The translations under genes were made by a program, and so were the position numbers. DNA of 64,000 bases from Clostridia bacterium. Lineage in GTDB: Bacteria; Bacillota; Clostridia; Christensenellales; UBA1242. The notes beneath the pieces are model-generated. The model made no database searches. It saw only the letters and a program-made list of their open reading frames with translations, and was not told where the DNA came from. Positions within the stretch are counted from its first letter, which is position 1; each line of letters begins with the position of its first letter. Positions 9,309-18,231 of the stretch are shown here, in pieces. The DNA is taken from contig JAZRSV010000027.1 in assembly GCA_045651685.1 (NCBI GenBank), positions 22,888-86,887 of the forward strand, read 5' to 3'.

Positions 9309-9336
9309 TTGAAAATTTGCACTTTTGTGTTATAAT
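9309..9336 (+). promoter_or_regulatory. sigma-A-type promoter of nth
   Basis: TTGAAA (9309-9314), 16-nt spacer, extended -10 TGtTATAAT (9328-9336). It lies inside the ORF-track extension, which supports the 9361 start. Confidence 0.5.
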
Positions 9337-9360
9337 AGGTGTGGCAAAAAAGGTAATCGT

Positions 9361-9987
9361 ATGAAAAGTGCAGACATAGTCTACAACAAAATAAATAGTT
9401 TGTTTCCTGTGGCAAAGTGCGAACTTAACTTTGCTAACAATTTTGAGCTACTTATTGCCGTTATGCTTTCGGCACAATGTACAGACAAAAGAGTTAATGT
9501 TGTCACTAGTACACTTTTTCAAAAATACAAAACACCACAAGACTTTGCTAATGCTGATATAAATGTGTTAGAAAAAGAGATTTTTTCTTGTGGTTTTTAC
9601 CATAACAAAGCCAAAAATATTATTAACGCTAGCAAAGATATTGTTAGTAAGTATGATGGACAAGTCCCAGATACTTTTGAAGATTTGATATCGCTAACCG
9701 GCGTAGGTAGAAAAACTGCTAATGTAGTTTTGGCAGTTGCTTTTAACCAAGATGCTATAGCAGTAGATACACATGTGTTTAGAGTTTCTAATAGGTTGGG
9801 TATAGCAAAAGCGACCAATCCACTTGCTTGTGAGAGACAACTTCAAAAGGCAATATCAAAGGATAAGTGGTCACATTTTCATCACTTGCTAGTATTGTTT
9901 GGCAGATATCATTGCAAAGCAATTAAACCAAACTGTGCAGGGTGCGAACTTAAAGAACTATGTGCTTTTTATAACAAAAGTAGATAG
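9361..9987 (+). CDS. nth: endonuclease III
   Basis: ORF track 9325-9987, start moved to the ATG at 9361; HhH-GPD motif (LTGVGRKTANVVL); C-terminal 4Fe-4S cysteines C-x6-C-x2-C-x5-C. Confidence 0.9.
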   Translation: MKSADIVYNKINSLFPVAKCELNFANNFELLIAVMLSAQCTDKRVNVVTSTLFQKYKTPQDFANADINVLEKEIFSCGFYHNKAKNIINASKDIVSKYDGQVPDTFEDLISLTGVGRKTANVVLAVAFNQDAIAVDTHVFRVSNRLGIAKATNPLACERQLQKAISKDKWSHFHHLLVLFGRYHCKAIKPNCAGCELKELCAFYNKSR

Positions 9988-10123
9988 TGCTATGCAAACA
10001 TAATCGTGGTACTATGCAAGATGTTTTTGTAGGTACTATGCATAATACTGGCACAAAAATATAATATTTTGGCACAAAAATGTCGGGTTATTATAAAATA
10101 TAAAAGAGAGTAGAATTGAGAAG

Positions 10124-11389
10124 ATGTTTATTGATAAGGTAAAAATTTTTATAAAAGCAGGCAATGGCGGCAACGGTATTGTTTCTTTTCATAGAGAAAA
10201 ATATGTACAACGCGGTGGTCCAGATGGTGGCAACGGTGGTAAAGGTGGCGATATAATTTTTAAGGTCAACAAAGATCTTAACAATCTTGTATCCTTTCAT
10301 TATAGCAAACACTTTAGAGCCGAAAATGGCCTTAGTGGCGAAAAGAAAAATTGCAATGGTAAAGATGGCAAACCAATGATTATACAAGTGCCAAAAGGTA
10401 CTCTTGTAAGAGATGCAGAGACAAACAAAATCATTGCTGACCTATATTATGAAGACAAAGATTATGTGATACTAAAAGGTGGTAAGGGCGGTAAAGGTAA
10501 TGCGTTTTTTGCAACTTCTACTAGACAATCTCCACACTTTAGTCAATCAGGCGAAGCTACAAAAGAATATGCCGTTATACTTGAACTTAAAACAATAGCT
10601 GATGTTGGCTTGATAGGCTTTCCTAATGTTGGCAAGAGTACACTATTGTCAACTGTATCGAGTGCTCGTCCAAAGATAGCTAACTATCATTTTACAACTT
10701 TGACCCCAAACCTTGGTGTTGTAAAATACTACGAACATAGTTTTGTAGTGGCAGATATACCTGGTCTTATTGAGGGGGCAAGTGATGGCACTGGTCTTGG
10801 TCATGACTTTTTGAGACATATAGAGCGTACACGCATGTTGGTGCATGTTGTTGATATTTCTGGTATTGATGGTAGAGACCCATACCAAGATTATTTGGTT
10901 ATTAATGATGAACTTAAAAAGTTTAATGAAGAACTTGCAAAGCTACCACAAATTGTTGCACTTAACAAGTGTGATTTGTTAGTTGATGATCAGCCTATAA
11001 AAGACTTTATGTCAAAAATAGACAAAGATGTACAAGTTATACAAATATCAGCACTTAACCGCAAAAATATACAAGAGTTGATTAAACAAATTTACGAATT
11101 GTTAAAAACTTTGCCTATACCAGAACCAATACCTGTCGAAGATTATAACTTTGACGAAAAAGATACTACAAGTATCGATATTGTTAAACATGGCGAAGGT
11201 TATTACGAAATTGTTGGTGGTTATATTGATAACTTAATTAGAGGCGTTGTATTGTCAGATTATGAGTCTCAAGCGTACTTCCAAAAACGCTTAAAAGACG
11301 ATGGAATAATCGATATGTTAAAGCAAAAAGGTGCTAAAGAAGGCGATACTGTACGCATCAGAGAAATAGAATTTGAAATTGTAGATTAG
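10124..11389 (+). CDS. obg: GTPase Obg/CgtA
   Basis: 421 aa; N-terminal glycine-rich Obg fold (GGNGG..GGDGG..GGKGG); G1 GFPNVGKST; G3 DIPG; NKCD; C-terminal OCT domain. Confidence 0.95.
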   Translation: MFIDKVKIFIKAGNGGNGIVSFHREKYVQRGGPDGGNGGKGGDIIFKVNKDLNNLVSFHYSKHFRAENGLSGEKKNCNGKDGKPMIIQVPKGTLVRDAETNKIIADLYYEDKDYVILKGGKGGKGNAFFATSTRQSPHFSQSGEATKEYAVILELKTIADVGLIGFPNVGKSTLLSTVSSARPKIANYHFTTLTPNLGVVKYYEHSFVVADIPGLIEGASDGTGLGHDFLRHIERTRMLVHVVDISGIDGRDPYQDYLVINDELKKFNEELAKLPQIVALNKCDLLVDDQPIKDFMSKIDKDVQVIQISALNRKNIQELIKQIYELLKTLPIPEPIPVEDYNFDEKDTTSIDIVKHGEGYYEIVGGYIDNLIRGVVLSDYESQAYFQKRLKDDGIIDMLKQKGAKEGDTVRIREIEFEIVD

Positions 11390-11399
11390 GAGAAAAGAT

Positions 11400-11708
11400 A
11401 TGCTAAATTCTAAACAAAGAGCTTTGTTAAAAACTTATATATCTAGCCAAGACAGTGTATGTTTTGTTGGTAAAGATGGTATTAATGATATGGTTTTGGA
11501 CAGCATTGCAAAAGCTTTGCTTGCTAGAGAATGTATCAAAATTACCGTTCAACAAAACTGCGAGTTGTCACCAAGAGAAGTTGCGCTTGCACTTGAAGAA
11601 GCACTAAAGGTTGACACTGTTGCTGTTATTGGTAGAAAGGTAGTTGTTTATAAGTACTCTTCTAGTGCAAAAAAACATATTGATATAAGTGTTAGCAAAA
11701 AGAAATAA
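11400..11708 (+). CDS. yhbY: YhbY-like CRM-domain RNA-binding protein
   Basis: 102 aa; LNSKQRALLK...VGKDGI pattern; position next to obg. Confidence 0.8.
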   Translation: MLNSKQRALLKTYISSQDSVCFVGKDGINDMVLDSIAKALLARECIKITVQQNCELSPREVALALEEALKVDTVAVIGRKVVVYKYSSSAKKHIDISVSKKK

Positions 11709-11712
11709 CAAC

Positions 11713-11739
11713 AAAACCCCACATATGTGGGGCTTTTTT
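11713..11739. terminator. bidirectional rho-independent terminator
   Basis: perfect palindrome CCCCACAT/ATGTGGGG flanked by an A-run and a T-run, between convergent genes. Confidence 0.85.
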
Positions 11740-12622
11740 ATTGTCGTGGCAGTGTATGCTTTTTGTTAAAATAGCTAAAAATAGCAAAGCAAAATAACAA
11801 GCTAGACATGATAACATAATACAAACTATACCTAACAAACCAGCTGCAAATAAAAAATATCAAACCGCAAATAAGATATCCCTTTGTCTTTTGTTTGCAA
11901 AAGGCAATATCAAAAAGGGCTTTTAGCGTATACCGTTTTTGCTTTTCAAATATTACTTTTTGTGGTGGTGTTGAGTTGGTTGGTTCTAATAATTTTAAGA
12001 AGACTTCTTCGATTGTTAATATTGATATTTTTGTAGTTGCTATTGTGCTTGCCAAAAGCGATGTTTCTTTGTCTACATCGCAGCACAAAATTATCAATTT
12101 GCTTGGCATGTTTTTTTGTTGTTTGTATATAGCAAGTAGAGCGGTTTTGTTTAGAGTTTCTTGGTCAAAGTATGGATAAATAGATAGGGCAGAATTGTCT
12201 TTTTCGAGCAGTATGCTTCTATCTTGTACAATGCAGTTAATATGTTTTTTTATTATACTCTCAAAAAAAGCAATATTGTCTTGCCATGTAGCAAACAAAA
12301 GGTTGTTTTTGGTTGTTTGTATTTGTATTGCTTTTTGTTTGGTTAGCTGCTGTTTGTTGTTGCGTTTTGTTAATAATATTGTTATTATTTTATAACTACC
12401 ATAGCCCAATAAAATGCTTAACAATAAGCAAGTTAGTAGGTTGTATACAAAGTACCTTAACCATACAAAAAATATAAAAGTTAATATGACAAACAAAAAC
12501 CAATTATCGATAATTTTGCCAAAATATAGTTTTTTCATATTAGCATTATTGACAAATGTTTTTAATAATAAACAAATGGGTAAAAAGTTTGTTAAATAAT
12601 ATTGCTTTTTTTTGTTAAACAT
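11738..12622 (-). CDS. hypothetical membrane protein (TM helices at both ends, soluble central domain)
   Basis: 294 aa; hydrophobic segments at the N- and C-termini; no recognised motif; start codon uncertain. Confidence 0.45.
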   Translation of the reverse strand: MFNKKKQYYLTNFLPICLLLKTFVNNANMKKLYFGKIIDNWFLFVILTFIFFVWLRYFVYNLLTCLLLSILLGYGSYKIITILLTKRNNKQQLTKQKAIQIQTTKNNLLFATWQDNIAFFESIIKKHINCIVQDRSILLEKDNSALSIYPYFDQETLNKTALLAIYKQQKNMPSKLIILCCDVDKETSLLASTIATTKISILTIEEVFLKLLEPTNSTPPQKVIFEKQKRYTLKALFDIAFCKQKTKGYLICGLIFFICSWFVRYSLYYVIMSSLLFCFAIFSYFNKKHTLPRQ

Positions 12623-12658
12623 ATTATGATAAATATATAAATAAAAATTAGGAGAAAG

Positions 12659-13210
12659 ATGATGGATCTATTTGAACAAGTTGTGCTTGCTGGCAAAGCA
12701 TTAGAAGACAAAAAGGCAGTAGACATAACAGTTATTGATGTGTCAAAAACATCTACAATAACAAGCTATGTTGTTATAGCTACAGCTACAAGCAACACTC
12801 ATGCCAAAGCATTGCTAGACAATGTGTACGAAAAAATGCAAGAACAAGGTATCGAAGCATACCATAAAGAAGGTTATGGTCAAAGCGAGTGGGTAGTACT
12901 TGACTTTGGTGATTTTATTGTTCATATCTTTACTCAAGAGTTGAGAGAATATTACAATTTAGAAAAATTGTATCAAGATGGCAAAAATATGCGCAAGTTT
13001 GAGAGTATCTTAAAAGATCTTTTGGCAAAGCAAAAAAAGCAAGAAAAGCTTGAACAAAAGCAAACAAAAAAGATGGCAAAAACTCAAAGCAAAAAAGAAA
13101 AACCAGAAGAAAAAAAGACATCATCAACCTCAAAAGAAAAGAAGGCAAAAACATCATCAAAAACTTCTAAAAAAACAACTACAAAAGCAAAAACTAAAAA
13201 AGCAGAATAG
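12659..13210 (+). CDS. rsfS: ribosome silencing factor RsfS with Lys/Thr/Ser-rich C-terminal tail
   Basis: 183 aa; the first ~110 aa match the RsfS/iojap core (DITVIDV...SYVVIATATSNTHAKAL...WVVLDFGDFIVHIF); the last ~70 aa are K/E/T/S low complexity. Confidence 0.85.
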   Translation: MMDLFEQVVLAGKALEDKKAVDITVIDVSKTSTITSYVVIATATSNTHAKALLDNVYEKMQEQGIEAYHKEGYGQSEWVVLDFGDFIVHIFTQELREYYNLEKLYQDGKNMRKFESILKDLLAKQKKQEKLEQKQTKKMAKTQSKKEKPEEKKTSSTSKEKKAKTSSKTSKKTTTKAKTKKAE

Positions 13211-13214
13211 TATT

Positions 13215-13247
13215 AAAAAATCTCACCATTTTGGTGGGATTTTTTTT
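13215..13247 (+). terminator. rho-independent terminator after rsfS
   Basis: stem ATCTCACCA / TGGTGGGAT with 3-nt loop, then TTTTTTT. Confidence 0.85.
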
Positions 13248-13313
13248 GATAAAATATATATTATTGTGGTTAATCGTTTGTATTTTTGTGGTGGGGTTTG
13301 ATATAATTATTAC

Positions 13314-14240
13314 ATGGAAATAGAGATCATTAAAGGCATACAACAAGGTGCTAATGTTTTTTTTGACAATTTCTTTTTGGGTGTGACATATCTGGGTGAC
13401 ACTATGTTTTTTATTGTAGCGATGGCTCTTTTGTACTGGTGCTATGATAAAAAATTTGCCTTTAACTTTGTTATTGGTTGTGGGGTTTCGATTTTGGCAA
13501 ACAATGCATTAAAAATTGCCTTTAATAGACCTAGACCATATGTTGCAAATAGTCAAATAGTAGACTATACACACTCAACTGGTGGCTCGTTTCCTAGTGG
13601 ACATGCAAGCTCTATCGCAGTTATGTCTAGTATGCTGATGTGTGAGGTTAATGCAAAAAGCAAAATAAAATGGCAAAAGCTAACAGTTAATATTATTTTG
13701 CCTATAATTTGTGTTTTGGTTGCCTTTTCTAGGATGTATCTTGGTCAGCATTATTTGACAGATGTATTGGTTGGTCTTGCTATAAGCGGCATAATAGGTA
13801 TGTTGTGGCACAAGTTTTGCTTTGTAAAAAGTGACAAAGAACACATATATGCCTTATTTGCTTTGCCAGTGTTAATTGGTGCGTTATTTATCTTTGTAGA
13901 TGAATTGCTTTTGACAACTGGTCACAAGATGATATGCATGCTTATTGGCTTGTGTGTTGCTATTATTGTTGGTTATTATTTAGAAAAAAAATATATAAGA
14001 CTAGACTATTCTTCTGATAAGTTGTGGTTTGTTATAACAAAAGCAGTTGTCGGTGGTGGTGTGGCTGTTGGATTATATTTTTTGTTAGAAAATATTTTGC
14101 CACAAATTGTGCTTATAAAATTTTTTATAGGTATAATTTTGGGCTTATGGATAACTTTTGGCTCAATGCTAGTTTTTAGAGCTATTGCTAGTTGGGCAAG
14201 ACTTAATAAAAAAGGTGAAGATGATGCAAGTATCAAATAA
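13314..14240 (+). CDS. PAP2-family membrane phosphatase
   Basis: 308 aa; PAP2 motifs KIAFNRPRP, PSGH, SRMYLGQHYLTD; multiple TM helices. Confidence 0.85.
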   Translation: MEIEIIKGIQQGANVFFDNFFLGVTYLGDTMFFIVAMALLYWCYDKKFAFNFVIGCGVSILANNALKIAFNRPRPYVANSQIVDYTHSTGGSFPSGHASSIAVMSSMLMCEVNAKSKIKWQKLTVNIILPIICVLVAFSRMYLGQHYLTDVLVGLAISGIIGMLWHKFCFVKSDKEHIYALFALPVLIGALFIFVDELLLTTGHKMICMLIGLCVAIIVGYYLEKKYIRLDYSSDKLWFVITKAVVGGGVAVGLYFLLENILPQIVLIKFFIGIILGLWITFGSMLVFRAIASWARLNKKGEDDASIK

Positions 14241-14640
14241 TGTAAACAAAACATTATCAATAGCAAAAACTTTTGCAAAAAAACTAAAAGCAGGCGATGT
14301 AGTTATTTTGTGCGCAGACCTTGGTAGCGGCAAGACTGTTTTTGCCAAAGGTGTTATTGCTAGCTTTGGTATAAAAGATCCTGTCACAAGTCCTACTTTT
14401 ACTATTGTTAATTCTTATCAAAATGACAAGATGAATATTTATCATTTTGACATGTATAGATTAGAAGATTATGAAGAGGCTTTGGCTGCAGGTCTGGACG
14501 AATTGATCGAAGACAAAAATGCTATCAAAATAATAGAGTGGCCAGAAAAGTGCCCAGAATTATTGCCAGAGCATTATTATAAAGTGTCGATAGAAAAAGT
14601 AAACGACACAACTCGCAACATTTCGTGGGAGGAAGTATAG
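14221..14640 (+). CDS. tsaE: tRNA t6A37 biosynthesis ATPase TsaE
   Basis: ORF track 14185-14640; start likely at ATGATG 14221 after AAAGGTGAAG; P-loop GSGKT; followed by tsaB-rimI. Confidence 0.85.
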   Translation: MMQVSNNVNKTLSIAKTFAKKLKAGDVVILCADLGSGKTVFAKGVIASFGIKDPVTSPTFTIVNSYQNDKMNIYHFDMYRLEDYEEALAAGLDELIEDKNAIKIIEWPEKCPELLPEHYYKVSIEKVNDTTRNISWEEV

Positions 14641-14641
14641 T

Positions 14642-15319
14642 ATGAATATTTTAGCAATAGATACTTCAAACTCAAATTTGTTAGTTGGGCTAAAAACAAC
14701 TGCAGGTCAGTATTGCAGTAGTCCAGTCACAACTTCAAAACATCTAGAAACATTATTGCCAAATGTAGAAGAACTATTAGAGCAAGCACAAATGCAACCT
14801 GTCAATCTTGATATTGTCGGTGTAGTTGTTGGCCCGGGATCTTTTACTGGTATACGCATAGGCGTTGCTACAGCAAAAGCTTTTATGAGTTGTTATAAAA
14901 ATCTAAAATGTATCGCAGTAAACTCACTAGAGCTTTTGGCATATAATACTTTATCAAAGTCAAATAGTATAGGCAATGTTATATGTGTTATACCTAGCAC
15001 ATTGCGCAAGTATTATGTTGGCGTTTATCGTGGCAAGCAAGCATTGCAGCCAGACAAAATTATGGAGACTGCGCAACTGCAAGAGTTGATACAATCTACT
15101 GGTTATCAAGTCGTAGCACCTAGTGGTGTTAGTTTGGATTTTTGTGATAACTTGCAAAATGTTAGCGTAGACCATCAAGATTTGTTTGACTATATACAAA
15201 GAGCTATCATTGATAATAAATTTGTAAATATTAATGAGCTAAAACCTTATTATTTAGGTTTGTCTCAAGCAGAATTAGATTTATTAAAAAAGGAAGAAAA
15301 TAATGGCTCAAATATTTAG
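14642..15319 (+). CDS. tsaB: tRNA t6A37 biosynthesis protein TsaB
   Basis: 225 aa; MNILAIDTSN... N-terminus; GPGSFTGIRIG motif; synteny. Confidence 0.85.
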   Translation: MNILAIDTSNSNLLVGLKTTAGQYCSSPVTTSKHLETLLPNVEELLEQAQMQPVNLDIVGVVVGPGSFTGIRIGVATAKAFMSCYKNLKCIAVNSLELLAYNTLSKSNSIGNVICVIPSTLRKYYVGVYRGKQALQPDKIMETAQLQELIQSTGYQVVAPSGVSLDFCDNLQNVSVDHQDLFDYIQRAIIDNKFVNINELKPYYLGLSQAELDLLKKEENNGSNI

Positions 15320-15746
15320 ATGTGATGATCGCCACTACGATCAAATGTTTGAAGTGCACAAAGAGTGTTTTGGCGAAGAAGCAATGCCAGAAAACATCTT
15401 TATGGATGAGATAAACACTCCTAGTAGAATTTACTTTGTCGCGCTAGATGATCAAACCCAAGAAGTTATCGCTTATGCAGGTGCATGGAATACAGGCAGT
15501 GATTATTCTATAATCAGTGTCGCTACAAAACCTACACATGTAAGAAGGGGTATAGCTACAAGATTGTTAAAAAGATTGATCGAAGACGCTAGAGAAAAAG
15601 AAATTTTTGCTCTATCTCTTGAGGTTAATGAGTTTAACGAACCTGCTATCAAGCTATATCGCAAGTTGGGTTTTATCATAACTAATACTCGCAAAAATTA
15701 TTACAAAAATAACGCTTCTGCGCATATAATGTGGTTGTATTTATAA
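15303..15746 (+). CDS. rimI: GNAT acetyltransferase, RimI-like
   Basis: 147 aa; acetyl-CoA binding motif RRGIATRLL; position after tsaE-tsaB. Confidence 0.75.
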   Translation: MAQIFRCDDRHYDQMFEVHKECFGEEAMPENIFMDEINTPSRIYFVALDDQTQEVIAYAGAWNTGSDYSIISVATKPTHVRRGIATRLLKRLIEDAREKEIFALSLEVNEFNEPAIKLYRKLGFIITNTRKNYYKNNASAHIMWLYL

Positions 15747-15757
15747 GACTTTGAAAT

Positions 15758-16510
15758 TTGCAAAAAAGAGAGACTTTTTTGTTGATTTATAAAGATACAA
15801 AAATTAATTATAAAGTTTGTGGCGATGGCAAAAAATATATTTTGTTTTTGCACGGTTGGGGTGGTAGCATAGCTAGTTTTGCATATATGCAACAAGTTTT
15901 TGCAACCAACTACTCTTGTATTAGTGTAGACTTTCCGCCGTTTGGAGAGAGTGGCTCGCCACAACAACCTTGGACATTGCAAGACTATGCAATAATGATA
16001 ATCAATCTTATAAAGCATCTTGGCATAGATAAGGTAAACATTGTTTGTCATTCGTTTGGTGCGAGAGTTGCAATATATTTGGCCGCGCTCACCACTTTGG
16101 TAGATCGCTTGGTTATAATAGACGGTGCTGGCATAAAGCCTAAAAAAAATATTTTTAAGCAAATAAAGATAGCTCGTTATAAGTTTTGTAAAAAACTTGT
16201 AAAAATAAAGCTACTAAAGTCAAATTATCTAAACAAATTTGGTAGCGAAGATTATAAGCAATTATCGCCAGTTCAAAAACAAACTTTCAAAAATATTATA
16301 AACTTTGATCAAACTAATATGCTAAAGTATATAAAGTGTGATACACTTTTGTTGTGGGGTAAAGATGACAAAGATACTCCTATGTATATGGCAAAGCGTA
16401 TGCACAAGCTTATACCTAATAGCGCTTTAATAACTTATAGCGGTGGGCATTTTGCTTATCTTGAGCATATGGCAAAGTTTTGTATTGTAATTAATCAATT
16501 TTTTATATAA
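15758..16510 (+). CDS. alpha/beta hydrolase
   Basis: 250 aa; FLHGWGGS and nucleophile elbow CHSFGA; non-ATG (TTG) start, uncertain. Confidence 0.7.
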   Translation: MQKRETFLLIYKDTKINYKVCGDGKKYILFLHGWGGSIASFAYMQQVFATNYSCISVDFPPFGESGSPQQPWTLQDYAIMIINLIKHLGIDKVNIVCHSFGARVAIYLAALTTLVDRLVIIDGAGIKPKKNIFKQIKIARYKFCKKLVKIKLLKSNYLNKFGSEDYKQLSPVQKQTFKNIINFDQTNMLKYIKCDTLLLWGKDDKDTPMYMAKRMHKLIPNSALITYSGGHFAYLEHMAKFCIVINQFFI

Positions 16511-16524
16511 AGGTAAAAATTTTT

Positions 16525-18165
16525 ATGCATTTCTTTTCGTGGACAAATCCTCATATGTATATAACAATGCTACTAGCACTACTAAATGGTGTAGTGTTGT
16601 TGTTTGCTGCGTATAAGTTCTTTCAAATTATTCAGTTGTCTGGCTATAAGATAAAAGGTTATTTTATCTGGCTAAAAGACACCAAGGCAAAGTATGTGTC
16701 ACGAATTTTGACATTGTGCTTTTTGAGTTTGGCTTGTAGTTTGGTGACTAACGCATTGTTTAATGTAAAATATTATACTCCTGGTTTGTACTTTTCTTAT
16801 CTTGGTTTGATATTTTATACTTACTTTAGTGTTATCTTTTGCATTAACCTATATTCTGCTCCAAAAAAAGTGCCGCTAAAAAATACTACTCGTATGATAA
16901 GACTTAATATTGTCTTGTACATATTTGTAGTTGTTATAACATTTGTTTTGATAGCTGTTGCTGCAGAATATTTGCCACCATTATTTCACATTTCTTTTAT
17001 ATGTATAACACCAATGCTTTTGCCTATTTTGGTGCCATGTGTACACTTGTTGTTGGTGCCGTTAGAAAATTTGATAGTGGCAAAATATGTGTGCGAAGCA
17101 AAGCGTAAACTAAAAAAATATCCAAACCTAATCAAAATTGGTATTACTGGTAGCTATGGCAAAACTAGCACAAAGTATATACTTAATACAATTTTGTCTC
17201 AAAAATACAATGTATGTATGACACCACATAGTTTTAATACAATAACAGGCTTGTCAAAGGTTATTAATGATTATCTAAAACCTCAAAACCAAGTATTAAT
17301 AACAGAGATGGGTGCTCGCAATGTGGGAGATATCAAAAAACTTGCATCATTTATTAATCCAAAATATGGCATCATAACCAATATTGGTTCGCAACATTTG
17401 TTGTCATTTGGTAGTGTAGAAAATATCGAAAAAACCAAAAACGAACTTATAGAAGTGTTGCCACAAGATGGCTTTGCCGTATTTAATGGTGACAACGAAG
17501 GCGCAAAAAGATTGTATGACAAATGCTCTATCAAAAAGGCAGTTGTTGGCAATTGTGAGGGCAGCAGTGTTGGATATAGCAGAATTAGAGTTGACCAAAA
17601 CGGCACACACTTTACTCTAAATATCGGCGAAGAAAAAATTAATTGCAATACCAAATTAGTAGGTAGACACAATGTCGAAAATATTATTTTGTGTGTATGT
17701 ATTGCTTTAGAGTTTGGACTTACTTTGGACCAAATCAAGCAAGGTATAAAGATGTTAAAGCCAGTACCACATAGGCTAGAGATGTTTACTAACGAAGCTG
17801 GTATGACAATTTTGGACGACTCTTACAACGCTAGCGTAGAGGGTTCTCAAGTAGCGCTAGAAGTATTGAGTAAGTTTGGCAATAGAAAAATTATTGTCAC
17901 ACCTGGTCTTGTCGAACTTGGCTCTCAAGAAAAACAAGCCAACTATGATTTTGGCGTAAGAATGACCAAAGTTGCAGATTATATTATTATTGTTAATAGA
18001 GTTAACAAAGACAGTATTATCAAAGGTATCGAAAGTACCAAGTTTAATATGACAAGGGTTTATCAAGCCGAAACTCTAAACGATGCAAAGCAACTGCTAA
18101 AAGGCATACTTGTATCAGGCGATGCAGTGCTATTTGAAAATGATTTGCCTGACAATTATATTTAA
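16525..18165 (+). CDS. murF: MurF-like Mur ligase fused to an N-terminal polytopic membrane domain
   Basis: 546 aa. Residues ~1-190 form about five hydrophobic helices. Then come the Mur ligase P-loop GITGSYGKTS, GRHNVEN and the MurF-type DDSYNAS motif. ddl lies immediately downstream. Confidence 0.75.
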   Translation: MHFFSWTNPHMYITMLLALLNGVVLLFAAYKFFQIIQLSGYKIKGYFIWLKDTKAKYVSRILTLCFLSLACSLVTNALFNVKYYTPGLYFSYLGLIFYTYFSVIFCINLYSAPKKVPLKNTTRMIRLNIVLYIFVVVITFVLIAVAAEYLPPLFHISFICITPMLLPILVPCVHLLLVPLENLIVAKYVCEAKRKLKKYPNLIKIGITGSYGKTSTKYILNTILSQKYNVCMTPHSFNTITGLSKVINDYLKPQNQVLITEMGARNVGDIKKLASFINPKYGIITNIGSQHLLSFGSVENIEKTKNELIEVLPQDGFAVFNGDNEGAKRLYDKCSIKKAVVGNCEGSSVGYSRIRVDQNGTHFTLNIGEEKINCNTKLVGRHNVENIILCVCIALEFGLTLDQIKQGIKMLKPVPHRLEMFTNEAGMTILDDSYNASVEGSQVALEVLSKFGNRKIIVTPGLVELGSQEKQANYDFGVRMTKVADYIIIVNRVNKDSIIKGIESTKFNMTRVYQAETLNDAKQLLKGILVSGDAVLFENDLPDNYI

Positions 18166-18231
18166 TAACAAAACTTGCAATCAATAAATATACTACTTAT
18201 ATAAAATATATTTATTTTTTGCGAGGTGTTT

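Noticed and set aside
10049-10081. TGGCAC motifs upstream of obg as sigma-54 (-24) elements
   Set aside because: The required -12 TTGC(A/T) element is missing at the correct spacing: the following sequences are AAAAATATAAT and AAAAATGTCGG. They are kept only as part of the direct-repeat observation.
13050-13301. 83-aa alternative-frame ORF over the rsfS tail
   Set aside because: It is a frame-shifted reading of the same A-rich low-complexity DNA. It runs through the rsfS terminator hairpin and has no RBS.
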